Of a DNA stretch of 55,510 nucleotides, positions 37,609-46,210 are shown one piece after another. The notes beneath the pieces were generated by a model. That model made no database searches, had not been told where the DNA came from, and was given only the letters and a program-made list of their open reading frames with translations. The DNA is from a virus (taxonomy: Duplodnaviria > Caudoviricetes): IMG/VR virus record IMGVR_UViG_3300049005_000023, positions 1 to 55,510 of that record; one strand, given 5' to 3'. Made by a program: the position numbers and the translations under genes. Numbering within the stretch: the stretch's first letter is position 1; every line of letters starts with the position of its first letter.

Positions 37609-38073
37609 CTACCCGCACCATTGCTTCAGCGCGGTGTCCATGTCTGCGGCAAGCTGGCCGTAGATATAGGCCAGGTCTTCTTCGCGGCTCATGTCGTCGT
37701 ACGCCGTTCCGAGGTTCAGTTCGACGTCCACGTTCATTCGGTATGTCGAGCAGGCCGCATGCAGGAGTTCGTGGTAAATCACTTCCGGGTAGAGGTTCTC
37801 CGCCGAGAGCCGAATCACTCCGGCCAGCCCGGTAGACGGCCAGAGCATTGGCCCTGCCGGGGCAGACGGGTCGTCACTTACCTCGAGCACGGCGCGGACC
37901 GGTTGGCAGCAGGCCATGGTTGATTTACCCCAAAAACTCCAGCCCATCCGCGGGTTGTGCCGATGCGCCGCCCGCCGCAGATCCTCGGCCGACTCGTGCA
38001 CCCGGACCCACCACCAGCGCGGCGTGATTCGGGTGGACGAGATCCGCCAGGACTGGAGGATCAACTGATCCAC
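37609..38073 (-). CDS. Hypothetical protein with HExxH (HELLH) zincin-like motif
   Basis: IYHELLHA and downstream EE.LAY. Confidence 0.65.
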   Translation of the reverse strand: MDQLILQSWRISSTRITPRWWWVRVHESAEDLRRAAHRHNPRMGWSFWGKSTMACCQPVRAVLEVSDDPSAPAGPMLWPSTGLAGVIRLSAENLYPEVIYHELLHAACSTYRMNVDVELNLGTAYDDMSREEDLAYIYGQLAADMDTALKQWCG

Positions 38074-38249
38074 CCGGGCAGATGCCTGTTCCAGTTAGGC
38101 ACTACCCGCGGCGTGCTGCCCTCCCACTCGACCACGAGATCTGGAATCGAGTGATTCGGCCAGTGCCGGGCGGCCTGAAAGCCTGCAATCCAGGCGTCCT
38201 TCGCCGCCTCGGCAACGCGGTGACGCTGCGCCGTATCGGCGGGGGTCAC
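38061..38249 (-). CDS. Hypothetical protein
   Basis: GTGA coupling. Confidence 0.5.
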   Translation of the reverse strand: MTPADTAQRHRVAEAAKDAWIAGFQAARHWPNHSIPDLVVEWEGSTPRVVPNWNRHLPGWIS

Positions 38250-38497
38250 GCTCTGTCCTTGTGCTTGAAGGTCATCTGCAGTGTTCCGTTACGGTAGTTG
38301 GTCCAGCTGCTGCGTACCATGTCGGCCCCAGTGAACCAGATCACGTCATCGGCCGCTAGGACGTCAGCAACGCCCTCCGGTTCTTTGTCCAGATCAACGG
38401 CGAGCACCCAGACACGGCCATCCCCCTCCGTCACCCCCATCGCGTTCCGGATGTCCTCTACCTGCTCGGCAGTCAGGATCCGCCTCTCCGCGGTCAC
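38246..38497 (-). CDS. Hypothetical protein
   Basis: GTGA coupling at both ends. Confidence 0.6.
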   Translation of the reverse strand: MTAERRILTAEQVEDIRNAMGVTEGDGRVWVLAVDLDKEPEGVADVLAADDVIWFTGADMVRSSWTNYRNGTLQMTFKHKDRA

Positions 38498-38811
38498 CGC
38501 TCGCACGCCTCGATCTCGCGTTGCAGGTAGAACGCCGCCTTGCGCAGGTCGGCGGCGTACGCCGCGCCCGGCTTCCGGCCGGCCCGAGCAAGGTACTTGA
38601 CCGTGCTGCCGATGTTGAAACCGAGGTTCCAGGCCTCGATGACCTTGATCGCCTCGTACGTGTTGTCCTGCCCGCCGTAGTGCGCCGGGTGGTCGATCTC
38701 CTCGTACTCCGGCTGCGACAGCGCAGGCAGCCGGTGCGCCGTCAGGTTAGTCAGCGCCTCCGCGGCACTGCTGCCGTCATCGACCTTGACTGCGTTGCTT
38801 GCCTCAGACAT
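38494..38811 (-). CDS. DUF3310 (SaV-like) protein
   Basis: IDHPAHY, EAI.VI, GF..G..VKY..RAG.K, DL.KA.FYL. Confidence 0.88.
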   Translation of the reverse strand: MSEASNAVKVDDGSSAAEALTNLTAHRLPALSQPEYEEIDHPAHYGGQDNTYEAIKVIEAWNLGFNIGSTVKYLARAGRKPGAAYAADLRKAAFYLQREIEACER

Positions 38812-39310
38812 CTGTTTCGTCTCCCGGTTGGTGGTTGTTCTGCTTGGCTTGCTGCATAACGTACCTGCGTACTGTGGACGGGCTGCGCATCTGCACTCCG
38901 GCTCGCTGCAACGTTCTGCGGATGGTCGTGTGCGACACTCCGAACAGCTTGCCGATCTGCCGTGCCGATGCGAACGTCTCCGCGTACATCCGCACTACCT
39001 CGGCAGCCTGTTCCTCTGTCAGACGGCGCATCCGCATCGGTTCCAGATCCGCTAGTGCAATGCCTCGCCTGCGCATGTACTCGCGGGTGCGCCTGCTCTG
39101 TTTCCTGCATTGCACACAGCGCCCGTCCGACGTCAGCAACCCCGGCTTCCCGGTGTGATGGAGCTTTCGCTGGCACAGTTCCTGCAATGTTCGGGTGAAG
39201 TAGTACTCCTCCCGCGCTCTGCGGTTGTCCTCGTTCCACGCGTCGAACCACATCCGCATGACCGCGGTGTTGCGCAGTACGGGTGCTCTGACTTCTATTG
39301 CCTTTAGCAA
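38804..39310 (-). CDS. HTH DNA-binding protein with Cys/His cluster
   Basis: SARQIGKLFGVSHTTIRRTL HTH; C...H...CxxC; TTG start after GGAGG. Confidence 0.75.
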   Translation of the reverse strand: MLKAIEVRAPVLRNTAVMRMWFDAWNEDNRRAREEYYFTRTLQELCQRKLHHTGKPGLLTSDGRCVQCRKQSRRTREYMRRRGIALADLEPMRMRRLTEEQAAEVVRMYAETFASARQIGKLFGVSHTTIRRTLQRAGVQMRSPSTVRRYVMQQAKQNNHQPGDETDV

Positions 39311-39326
39311 CTTGCCTCCCTGCGCG

Positions 39327-39779
39327 CTACCAGCCCGGGTAAAAGAAGACGATGAAGGCGAACAGAAACATGATGAAAGCAACGATTCCGAGCGCCAAGC
39401 CGAGCTCTCCGTTGGTCGGAAACGGCGGTCGCGGGGCCCTGTGAAGCGCGATGTGCCCCTCAGCATCGTCGGCCCAGTCTTGATACAGGTCGTCCTCGAG
39501 CTTGTGGAAGGTGTGCTCGCCGGTGGTCTCCTCGATGCGCATCCCCGGCGCCGCGGCCGGCGTCAGCGCCAGCCAGTCGAACGCCCGGTCCATCGCCACG
39601 TCTGGGAAGCGGTCCGACCCGCCGACCCGCACGACGTACGGCTTCATGCTGTCCTGGATGGCGATCACCTGTCCCAGCCGGTGGTCAAGCTCCGGTAGCT
39701 CGGTCACACGTACCCAGTCCCCGATCAGGAACGCCCTGCGGCGGCCGTGGTAGGTCGCCTCGACCTTCTGATTGCTCAT
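39327..39779 (-). CDS. Hypothetical protein with C-terminal TM helix
   Basis: ATGA-coupled ORF. Confidence 0.65.
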   Translation of the reverse strand: MSNQKVEATYHGRRRAFLIGDWVRVTELPELDHRLGQVIAIQDSMKPYVVRVGGSDRFPDVAMDRAFDWLALTPAAAPGMRIEETTGEHTFHKLEDDLYQDWADDAEGHIALHRAPRPPFPTNGELGLALGIVAFIMFLFAFIVFFYPGW

Positions 39780-39931
39780 CGCAAACTACCCCACACTCGA
39801 AACACGGACAGGATCGCGGACGTCCAGGCCACCGCAGTGCCCAGAAGCGCCATGTTCGCCAGGTGTCGCCGGTATCTGTCAGGCTCCATGCGCCTGATTC
39901 TGCTCTTCATCGGCAGCGTCTTGGTGTGCAT
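39776..39931 (-). CDS. Small membrane protein (51 aa, leaderless; not in the ORF track)
   Basis: MHTKTLPMK...FRVWGSLR; ATG 6 nt after -10; ATGA overlap with the next gene. Confidence 0.65.
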   Translation of the reverse strand: MHTKTLPMKSRIRRMEPDRYRRHLANMALLGTAVAWTSAILSVFRVWGSLR

Positions 39932-39936
39932 GAGAG

Positions 39937-39966
39937 GACTATAGTATTTCTATAGTCAGTCGTCAA
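39937..39966 (-). promoter_or_regulatory. Promoter TTGACG-N17-TATAGT with perfect operator GACTATAG-N5-CTATAGTC
   Basis: Motif inspection. Confidence 0.85.
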
Positions 39967-40147
39967 GCAACACGCCGAGACAGCTCGGCTCGGAGCATGT
40001 AGCGCTCAACGCTGCGAGCTCCCGGCAGTTCGGGCAGAGGTTGGGTGCGTGATCCGGCGTCGACAGGCTTATGTCCTCGCCGGCTACATCAGCACCGCAG
40101 AGCGCGGTGTCGGGGTCACAGCAAACGATGTGGTCAAACACGGCCAT
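39956..40147 (-). CDS. Small Cys-rich protein
   Basis: HIVCC..ALCG...CPNC...C...C. Confidence 0.6.
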   Translation of the reverse strand: MAVFDHIVCCDPDTALCGADVAGEDISLSTPDHAPNLCPNCRELAALSATCSEPSCLGVLLDD

Positions 40148-40470
40148 CAGTCGCCCCGTCTCTCATCGGCATCCAGCACCACCTCATTCAGCCGCAGCCC
40201 TGCCAGCACGCTCCGGCGGCGCTGCTCGGCCTCGTCCAGAATCTGCGCGGCCCGCATCAGAACGAGCTGATCGGCCTCAGTGTCCCAGCGCCGGATCTCC
40301 GTGTCGGCGTAGGGCAGTTCCTTTTCCACGCGCTCCTTTCCAGCGCGCATCCGCAGACCGGACAGCAGACGCTTCCGTCCCATCGCGTACTTCATCCGCG
40401 CCTCGAAGTCCTCGCGATCCTTGATCGGCTCCAGTTCTGGCTTCGCGCCGTCCGGCCGCAAACAGCTCAT
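40147..40470 (-). CDS. Hypothetical protein
   Basis: Overlap-coupled ORF. Confidence 0.6.
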   Translation of the reverse strand: MSCLRPDGAKPELEPIKDREDFEARMKYAMGRKRLLSGLRMRAGKERVEKELPYADTEIRRWDTEADQLVLMRAAQILDEAEQRRRSVLAGLRLNEVVLDADERRGD

Positions 40471-40676
40471 CGGAGATCCTCCCGCACCTCGTACCGCTCC
40501 TGGCATTTGTAGGTGTTGATGCACATCCCGTCATCCCCGATGCCGACGGTCGGCCCAGACGCCCCGCAGAAGCTGCACTTCTCGGGTCCTTCCTGGTCCG
40601 GCAGCACCGCAAAGGTCAGGTACTCGCTCGGCTGGTCCTTTTCGTGCTGCTCGGCAGCAGCTTCTCCCCAAAGCAT
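40467..40676 (-). CDS. Small Zn-finger-like protein
   Basis: CSFC...C....C. Confidence 0.6.
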   Translation of the reverse strand: MLWGEAAAEQHEKDQPSEYLTFAVLPDQEGPEKCSFCGASGPTVGIGDDGMCINTYKCQERYEVREDLR

Positions 40677-40897
40677 CAGTGCTCCCCTTTCTCGTGCGTT
40701 TGCGCGGCCCGGCGTGCGCCGTCACGCGTCTTGAACCCGTCCTTGCCGCAGACCGTCTCGGTGCCCGGGGTGCACGTCCTCGACGGACACCACCAACCCC
40801 AGTTGCCGTAGCCGTCCTCGTACAGCAGGGTGACGCGCAGTCCGGTGTCCCGCTTCCCGCCGGACCGCGCCTTACGCATCTGCGCGACAGCGTTCAC
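40676..40897 (-). CDS. Hypothetical protein
   Basis: W.WWC....C...C...H; coupled ORF. Confidence 0.6.
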   Translation of the reverse strand: MNAVAQMRKARSGGKRDTGLRVTLLYEDGYGNWGWWCPSRTCTPGTETVCGKDGFKTRDGARRAAQTHEKGEH

Positions 40898-40995
40898 CGC
40901 AGCAGCCCCGCGTTGCCGAGTCCGAGCAGGACCAGCCCGGCAAGAACGGCAGCCCCGGCCAGCAACTTGACGGCGATCTTCCAGTAGCTCTCCAT
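40894..40995 (-). CDS. 33-aa single-TM peptide (leaderless; not in the ORF track)
   Basis: MESYWKIAVKLLAGAAVLAGLVLLGLGNAGLLR; ATG 6 nt after -10; GTGA overlap. Confidence 0.65.
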   Translation of the reverse strand: MESYWKIAVKLLAGAAVLAGLVLLGLGNAGLLR

Positions 40996-41001
40996 GTCCA
41001 A

Positions 41002-41030
41002 AGACTATAGTAATTCTATAGCTAGGTCAA
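41002..41030 (-). promoter_or_regulatory. Promoter TTGACC-N17-TAGTCT with operator CTATAG-N5-CTATAG
   Basis: Motif inspection. Confidence 0.85.
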
Positions 41031-41034
41031 CAGG

Positions 41035-41232
41035 TTAAGGCCGCGTCCAGCCCGGATCTCCTGGCGCCTTCGGCTCAGGCTCACCCGGCGGGTAGTAGAT
41101 CGATATCGGATGCTGCGGACGCTGATGCGGGATAACCAGCGGCGACACGTCCACGCGCGGCGCCGGCCAGAAAGCTACGGCAGCGGCAACAACCAGCCCG
41201 GTAAGCCCGGCCGCCCAACGCCAGCACGTCAT
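41035..41232 (-). CDS. Small membrane/secreted protein
   Basis: Hydrophobic N-terminus, Pro-rich tail. Confidence 0.6.
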   Translation of the reverse strand: MTCWRWAAGLTGLVVAAAVAFWPAPRVDVSPLVIPHQRPQHPISIYYPPGEPEPKAPGDPGWTRP

Positions 41233-41624
41233 TCCGCACCGCCGATGATCAGGCGGGCCAGCGCCAGCGCGTGGCTATTCGGGTCCGTCCCGGCGTTCAT
41301 CGCTCGCACACGCTCATCGAGCAGCCATTCGGCCAGCGCCTTGCCGACGAGCGGATTCGTCGCGGCGATGTAGGCGGCGTCCTCGAAGCCACCAGCTCGG
41401 GCGACACGTCGGGATGTCGAGTGAGCTGCGTGCGGTTGATCCGATGGTGGCGGGCCAACGGCGATGAACAAGCTGACGCGATGCGCGCGCGGCATCCGAC
41501 CACCCAGCCAGAACTGGCCGTACCCGCTCGGCGAGAGGCTCCCGGTCCAGAGCATGCACCCGCCACCATCCGGCAGTGACACCTTCTCCCAGAACCGGCG
41601 CACGTCACTCTCAGCCGGCGTCAC
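41229..41624 (-). CDS. Chimeric protein: truncated HNH endonuclease N-half fused to an unrelated C-terminal domain
   Basis: RFW.KV...C..WTG...GYG.F...AHRVS...AAHS, then no C..C.NP.HL. Confidence 0.65.
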   Translation of the reverse strand: MTPAESDVRRFWEKVSLPDGGGCMLWTGSLSPSGYGQFWLGGRMPRAHRVSLFIAVGPPPSDQPHAAHSTSRRVARAGGFEDAAYIAATNPLVGKALAEWLLDERVRAMNAGTDPNSHALALARLIIGGAE

Positions 41625-42181
41625 GATTCGGCTCCGTTCAGCAGCAGGACCATTGAGCCAGCGAGAACCTCGACCCACTGGTCGATCACCTGAGAGCGCA
41701 TCGGCTCGTGCAGGTTGTCGCTGAAGTTCGACCGCACGAGTTGTTCCCGCATTGCACGTTCGATCTGCTCCCGTGTCGGCATGGGCCGGGCCGCGCTGGA
41801 ACTGCTGATGGCTACGTTCAGGAGCTCGCACGTGCCCACTTGCAGGCAGCAAGGCCCGGCATCCGCTTCCGCGTCCACCAGCGGCCGGGCGTCGCGCACC
41901 TCTACAACCGTGTTGCACACCGTGTTGTACGGGTTCGGCGTCGGGTCATCCCAGTAGTCGTTGCCGTAGCCGCCGTCCTGGTGGTGTTCCCAACCGATGC
42001 GGTGCCCCGCGCTCCATGCTGAGGCCGCCGACGGGGCATCTTCGGCAGGGTGGGCGGCGAGCATCGCGTCCAGTCGGTCGATCACGGTGGACGGGACGTC
42101 GTACTGCGCACGGTCCGGGTATGAGCGGTCGAGGTCGGCCCGCAGCTCGTTCAGCGCGCCCTGCAGGCTCTGGTCGCTCAT
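41621..42181 (-). CDS. Hypothetical protein
   Basis: Overlap-coupled ORF. Confidence 0.6.
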   Translation of the reverse strand: MSDQSLQGALNELRADLDRSYPDRAQYDVPSTVIDRLDAMLAAHPAEDAPSAASAWSAGHRIGWEHHQDGGYGNDYWDDPTPNPYNTVCNTVVEVRDARPLVDAEADAGPCCLQVGTCELLNVAISSSSAARPMPTREQIERAMREQLVRSNFSDNLHEPMRSQVIDQWVEVLAGSMVLLLNGAES

Positions 42182-42330
42182 GCCGCCACCGCCAAGGCAG
42201 CGAGCACGCCAGTCAGCAGGATGAACAACAGCCCCGGGATGACGCTGCCGAAGATGAGCACCGACAACGCGACAACAGCCGCTGACGCCAGCAAGCACAG
42301 CACCACGAATTTCCACACCGTCAACCTCAT
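42178..42330 (-). CDS. Small 2-TM membrane protein
   Basis: MRLTVWKFVVLCLL..., hydrophobic throughout. Confidence 0.6.
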   Translation of the reverse strand: MRLTVWKFVVLCLLASAAVVALSVLIFGSVIPGLLFILLTGVLAALAVAA

Positions 42331-43142
42331 GACAGCGCCGCCAGTGCCGGGCCGACCTGTCCCATCAGCACCGCGTTGCGAAAGTCCGTCCCCAGCGGGA
42401 TCTTCGGGTGGACGCCATCGGTCTCCAGGTAGTAGCCGATGCGCCACGGCGCACTCCAAAACATGCTCGCCCACGAGATGACGTCGTCCTTCGGGATCGC
42501 CTGGTAGATCTGCTGGTTGACCGCCATCGCATTGCGCTGGTCGGCCACTTCATAGCCCGGCCGGCTGATCTGCACGTCGACCCACATCAGCCGCGTGGTG
42601 CTGGGCAACCCTGCCTTCAGCCGGGCGATCTGCGCCGCCATCACGCTCGGGTCGAAAATGTCGTTGGTCCCAGTCGCCATCACGATGAGCTTGGGCTTCG
42701 TGGTCAGGCTCAGCACCCGGTCAACGGCTGGCGCGGTCGGGCGGCCCGACCAGTAGTCCACCGCCGCGGTGTGCCCGGCCGCTTCGACCGCCGAGATGAA
42801 CCCGGCGTAGCTCCGGGTCGTGATGGAGTCCCCGATGAGCAGCACGTCGGCCTGCGGGTCGCCGTCGTACGGCGTATCGAGCAGGTCTCCGACGGTGCCG
42901 TGGGTGAGCGTCTGCCAAGGTGCCAGTGTCCCGCTGCCGTAGTCGGTCATACGCTTCACGGTAGCCGCGCTCAGCTCCAAGTGTTGGGCGGCGTTTGCTG
43001 CGCCGGGGCCAGGTGAGGCATACAGCGCGCCAATCGCCGCGGCAAAGACGGCGGTAAGCGCAGTCAATCGCCGGACGTGATCGCCTACCGTCGTACGGCG
43101 GTGCCGAGCGGCCGGCCGGTGGGTCCTGCAGTGGTGGGTCAC
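42327..43142 (-). CDS. Secreted SGNH/GDSL hydrolase (esterase)
   Basis: Signal peptide; block I IGDSIT, block II SGR, block III GTND, block V DGVHP. Confidence 0.88.
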   Translation of the reverse strand: MTHHCRTHRPAARHRRTTVGDHVRRLTALTAVFAAAIGALYASPGPGAANAAQHLELSAATVKRMTDYGSGTLAPWQTLTHGTVGDLLDTPYDGDPQADVLLIGDSITTRSYAGFISAVEAAGHTAAVDYWSGRPTAPAVDRVLSLTTKPKLIVMATGTNDIFDPSVMAAQIARLKAGLPSTTRLMWVDVQISRPGYEVADQRNAMAVNQQIYQAIPKDDVISWASMFWSAPWRIGYYLETDGVHPKIPLGTDFRNAVLMGQVGPALAALS

Positions 43143-43303
43143 TTCGTCTCCTGGTGGTGTTTGCTGCGCAGCTGTGCTGCGCGGCGCTTGTTGGCCTCGA
43201 TGTCGGCACGCTGCTGGGCGGCCGTTGGGGTTCCGAGCGCCCGCAGCACAACAGCGCGCTCGTGGCGCAGGGTCTCCCGGGTACGGCGCCGTACGGCGCG
43301 CAT
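43139..43303 (-). CDS. Small basic protein
   Basis: TGATG and GTGA coupling. Confidence 0.55.
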   Translation of the reverse strand: MRAVRRRTRETLRHERAVVLRALGTPTAAQQRADIEANKRRAAQLRSKHHQETK

Positions 43304-43674
43304 CAGGTCCACGTCCCGCAGGCGTCGTTTGCCCAGAACGTCATGCCGAGGTTGCCGGTGCCGAGCAGCACCCACTGCTCGCGGTTGCTCAGCGACCACT
43401 TCCCGGAGCTGATCTCGTCGCCGTCCTTCGCGGTAAGCGTCCAGTGGCAGCCGCGGGTCGCGCCCACGGCTTTCCATGTGCCGCGGATGGCCTTGGTCAC
43501 CGTGTGCTTGCCTGGCGACAGCGAGGTGACGGTGTGCACGTGCTGGTCGGCGTCGCCCTCAGCGGGACAGCCGCCTGCGGTCAGCACCAAGCCGGCTAGC
43601 ACGAGAGCCAAGAGCCCTCGAATGCTCCGCTTGCTGGTCACCGCACCCGCGCCCCGCATGCCTAGGTCCTTCAT
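43303..43674 (-). CDS. Putative lipoprotein
   Basis: Signal peptide ending TAGGC; GTWK...CHW...F....CGTW; GGAGG RBS. Confidence 0.7.
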   Translation of the reverse strand: MKDLGMRGAGAVTSKRSIRGLLALVLAGLVLTAGGCPAEGDADQHVHTVTSLSPGKHTVTKAIRGTWKAVGATRGCHWTLTAKDGDEISSGKWSLSNREQWVLLGTGNLGMTFWANDACGTWT

Positions 43675-43702
43675 GCTTCCTCCCGGTAAATGCTTGAGCC
43701 CC

Positions 43703-43733
43703 GACTATAAGCTTTCTATAGACGGGGCGTCAA
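43703..43733 (-). promoter_or_regulatory. Promoter TTGACG-N18-TATAGT with operator GTCTATAG-aaagc-TTATAGTC
   Basis: Motif inspection. Confidence 0.8.
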
Positions 43734-43745
43734 CAGCCGGGGAGC

Positions 43746-43901
43746 TCAGCGTTTGTTCGGGTCGATCGCGTTCTTCCAGCCGCGCAGGTCTCCGCCGCAA
43801 CACTCCGGGCTGCACTCGGAGACCGGATGCACGTCCATAGTGGAGTAACGGTGCTCAGTCCGGGTAGAAGCGGGCGTCGAGCCCTGCTCATCCGTGCTCA
43901 C
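43746..43901 (-). CDS. Hypothetical 51-aa protein (not in the ORF track)
   Basis: GTGA overlap with the upstream gene; fills the gap. Confidence 0.45.
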   Translation of the reverse strand: MSTDEQGSTPASTRTEHRYSTMDVHPVSECSPECCGGDLRGWKNAIDPNKR

Positions 43902-44377
43902 AGGTCCACTCCCGAGCTATCCGCTTCGGACAGGATCTCGTTCAGCTTGGTGGCTGCGTCGTAGTAGGCGTTGGCACGGGCCCGGTTCTCCGCCGCTGTC
44001 AGGTCCGCGCCGTCGGTCTCAGCAACGCGCATCATTTGCAGGAGTTCAAGGCGTGTTGTTATGAAGTAGCCCACCAGCTCGTGCAGCCGATCGACCGCAG
44101 GCTTGGTCGGCTCGGGCGGGCGCCAGCCGCAGATTCCTGGCCTCGGTACGGCGGTTGCGACCTGCTCCATCGCCACAAGCTCGCGCTCCCGGAGCACCCG
44201 GTCTTCCTCGCGTATCGAGACGCCGGCGTTCCACTGCGCGCGCAGGTCGACTACACGCTTGATCTGTGCCAGATGCACTAGCCCTTCGAGACGTGCCGGG
44301 ATATCCCCGACCTGCTGGACTGTCAGCATCAGTGCGGCCAGCTCGTCGGCCTTGGCCTCGATTTCGCTCAGATCCAC
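43898..44377 (-). CDS. Hypothetical protein
   Basis: Start inferred at GTG (VDLSEIEAK). Confidence 0.6.
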   Translation of the reverse strand: MDLSEIEAKADELAALMLTVQQVGDIPARLEGLVHLAQIKRVVDLRAQWNAGVSIREEDRVLRERELVAMEQVATAVPRPGICGWRPPEPTKPAVDRLHELVGYFITTRLELLQMMRVAETDGADLTAAENRARANAYYDAATKLNEILSEADSSGVDL

Positions 44378-44508
44378 GGCGATACCCCGTCTCGAAGCTG
44401 CAGCTGGTTGCCAACCTGGATGAAGTACTTCGGCTTCCCATTTAGGAAGAATGCCCGGCAATTGGCCGGGTTCGCCGGCCGCAACCGTCCCTTGTAGCCC
44501 GCACTCAC
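44368..44508 (-). CDS. Hypothetical 46-aa protein
   Basis: GTGA overlap with the upstream gene. Confidence 0.45.
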   Translation of the reverse strand: MSAGYKGRLRPANPANCRAFFLNGKPKYFIQVGNQLQLRDGVSPWI

Positions 44509-45221
44509 TGCGACCACCGGTGGCCAGCCTCGTCGCGATGCAGGCCGTCGTGTATCTTCGGCCGGATGCAGGCTCCGCCGTCTGGATCTGCGGACGTCCA
44601 CGGCTTCCCGCACGGCCCGTCAGTGGGCAGATGGTGCGGCTTGCTGCTCGAGTCCCGCTCCTCGTCGTGGTTCTGCGGCGGGTTGACGGACTGCTCGTCG
44701 GTCCAGGTGTGCACGCCGTACCGGTGGTCGCTATCGTGCGGAAGCTGGAGTTGGCAGCGTAGCTGCCGCACACCGGTCGCGGGGACCACCTGCCTCGGTA
44801 CGTCGAACAGACTCGGGCACCGGAACCGATCCAGCTTCGGGAACGGCCGTCCGTTGAGTACCTCCTTCAACGCTTGCTCCGCGTCTTCCAGCGCTTCACC
44901 GTAGGTGTGCTCGCCGGTCCAGTTCATCCGGCTCAGTGCAACCAGGGCATTGGCCGCAACGATACGCATCTCGGCGCGGAGCTTCCACAGATCGGTGTGT
45001 GTCGGCGCCCGGAGCTTGTCCAGGCCGGCCAGGAACGTCTCAGCTTCCTCCGCGTCGCACTCCAGCGGCTCCTCGTTACCGTCCAGTCCACGGAAGCCCG
45101 CTAGATAGCCGAGCAGCGCCGCCGGCCGCAATGCCTCCTCGACCTTCCGCAGGTACGCGCTGTCCGGCTCCTCGGCCAGCGCTTCCTTGGTGTCTCGCCA
45201 CGCCTCGTACGCATCACTCAT
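44505..45221 (-). CDS. Hypothetical protein with two C..C...H...H motifs
   Basis: ATGA-coupled; RCQL..PH...H and AC.....H...H. Confidence 0.7.
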   Translation of the reverse strand: MSDAYEAWRDTKEALAEEPDSAYLRKVEEALRPAALLGYLAGFRGLDGNEEPLECDAEEAETFLAGLDKLRAPTHTDLWKLRAEMRIVAANALVALSRMNWTGEHTYGEALEDAEQALKEVLNGRPFPKLDRFRCPSLFDVPRQVVPATGVRQLRCQLQLPHDSDHRYGVHTWTDEQSVNPPQNHDEERDSSSKPHHLPTDGPCGKPWTSADPDGGACIRPKIHDGLHRDEAGHRWSQ

Positions 45222-45601
45222 CGCGCGGCCTCCGCGGCGATGTAGACCGGCAGGTTCCCTGTCTCGTCCTTCGGGTCGCTGGTCAGGGTGTACGTGCGCC
45301 CGCCGTCAGTGCTGAGGGCGGCACCGTTGCGCCGGTTCTGCCACACGTGGTTTTCACCGTCCCACATGTCCGGCGTGTGCCCGATCCACTCCTCCGGGTC
45401 GTTGGTCAACGCGGACAGGTTCCTGAACCGCAACAAGTCGGCCAGCAGCTCAGCGCCGATCTCAGCCGAGCTGCCGCTGTGCCCGTCGTAGCTGGCGAAG
45501 GCCGCCACCGCCGCAACTAGCGACTGGGCGAAGCGCGGATCCTCCTCGAACTGCCCGCAGCGTTCGAGCTCGGTCCGTGCGTGCTCGATGAGGTTGCTCA
45601 T
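45218..45601 (-). CDS. Conserved phage hypothetical protein
   Basis: HA..EL, GHSGSSA, LT..P.EW, WQN.R; ACCGGGAG RBS. Confidence 0.8.
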   Translation of the reverse strand: MSNLIEHARTELERCGQFEEDPRFAQSLVAAVAAFASYDGHSGSSAEIGAELLADLLRFRNLSALTNDPEEWIGHTPDMWDGENHVWQNRRNGAALSTDGGRTYTLTSDPKDETGNLPVYIAAEAAR

Positions 45602-45612
45602 TTGTTCTCCCG

Positions 45613-45665
45613 GTGTCTAGAAAAGTTACAGCCCAAAGACTAGCGCCTCAGCCCCGGGGCTGCAA
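45613..45665 (-). promoter_or_regulatory. Promoter TTGCAG-N17-TAGTCT with degenerate operator downstream (45613-45633)
   Basis: Motif inspection. Confidence 0.6.
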
Positions 45666-45725
45666 CAGGGTGGCGTATGACGACGGCACCCGAACAGGGT
45701 TTTAACACACTAGTGCGGCTTGCTG

Positions 45726-45749
45726 AGGCCCGCCCCGGAGGGCGGGCCT
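45726..45749 (-). terminator. Hairpin terminator
   Basis: AGGCCCGCCC/GGGCGGGCCT perfect 10-bp stem right after the stop of 45754-45942. Confidence 0.7.
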
Positions 45750-45753
45750 GCGG

Positions 45754-45942
45754 TCAGAAGTACTTCGCGACTCCGGCTGCTTCCTTCAGGCTGCCGAACA
45801 CCCCGGCGTTGTAAGTCCGGCCCGGCACCATCACCGCGTACCCGGGGTCCTGCGGGCCTTTCCAGATCTCCGCGATGTACAGCTTGCTGGTGTAGACCTC
45901 GGTGCCGTTCGGGTCGGTGGTCTTGCTCCATGTCGTCGTCAT
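45754..45942 (-). CDS. Hypothetical 62-aa protein, leaderless and monocistronic
   Basis: ATG 6 nt after -10; terminator directly downstream. Confidence 0.75.
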   Translation of the reverse strand: MTTTWSKTTDPNGTEVYTSKLYIAEIWKGPQDPGYAVMVPGRTYNAGVFGSLKEAAGVAKYF

Positions 45943-45948
45943 GTGAAA

Positions 45949-45977
45949 AGACTATAGCTTTTCTATAGTCTTGTCAA
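45949..45977 (-). promoter_or_regulatory. Promoter TTGACA-N17-TAGTCT with perfect operator GACTATAG-N5-CTATAGTC
   Basis: Motif inspection. Confidence 0.88.
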
Positions 45978-46180
45978 CCCTTGCGGTACATCCTCGCCCG
46001 GATTCTTCCGAAGAGCTGGCCGCGCGCCACCTGCCGGCGATGCTTGCCGCGTGGCGGTAAGGGCTTTCCCTCCGCCTGTTCATCGAGCGGCCGGAAGCGC
46101 ACGGAAGCGGCTGCCTGAGCGGCATCGGAGAGCTCTCCGCTATCGGAGCCGAATGCGGGATCAGGGCGACGTGCAGGCAT
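45974..46180 (-). CDS. Hypothetical basic protein, probably leaderless
   Basis: TAGGAT-N6-ATG. Confidence 0.5.
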   Translation of the reverse strand: MPARRPDPAFGSDSGELSDAAQAAASVRFRPLDEQAEGKPLPPRGKHRRQVARGQLFGRIRARMYRKG

Positions 46181-46210
46181 GGGCAAATCCTACGGGTGGG
46201 TAGGGCCAGG

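Noticed and set aside
45961-45985. Self-target of tract 2 at a TTGAC promoter (GTcAAcCC), or at polA N-G-F (about 2835)
   Set aside because: Only 3-4 dinucleotides match in either case; the antisense terminase reading explains 12 consecutive units
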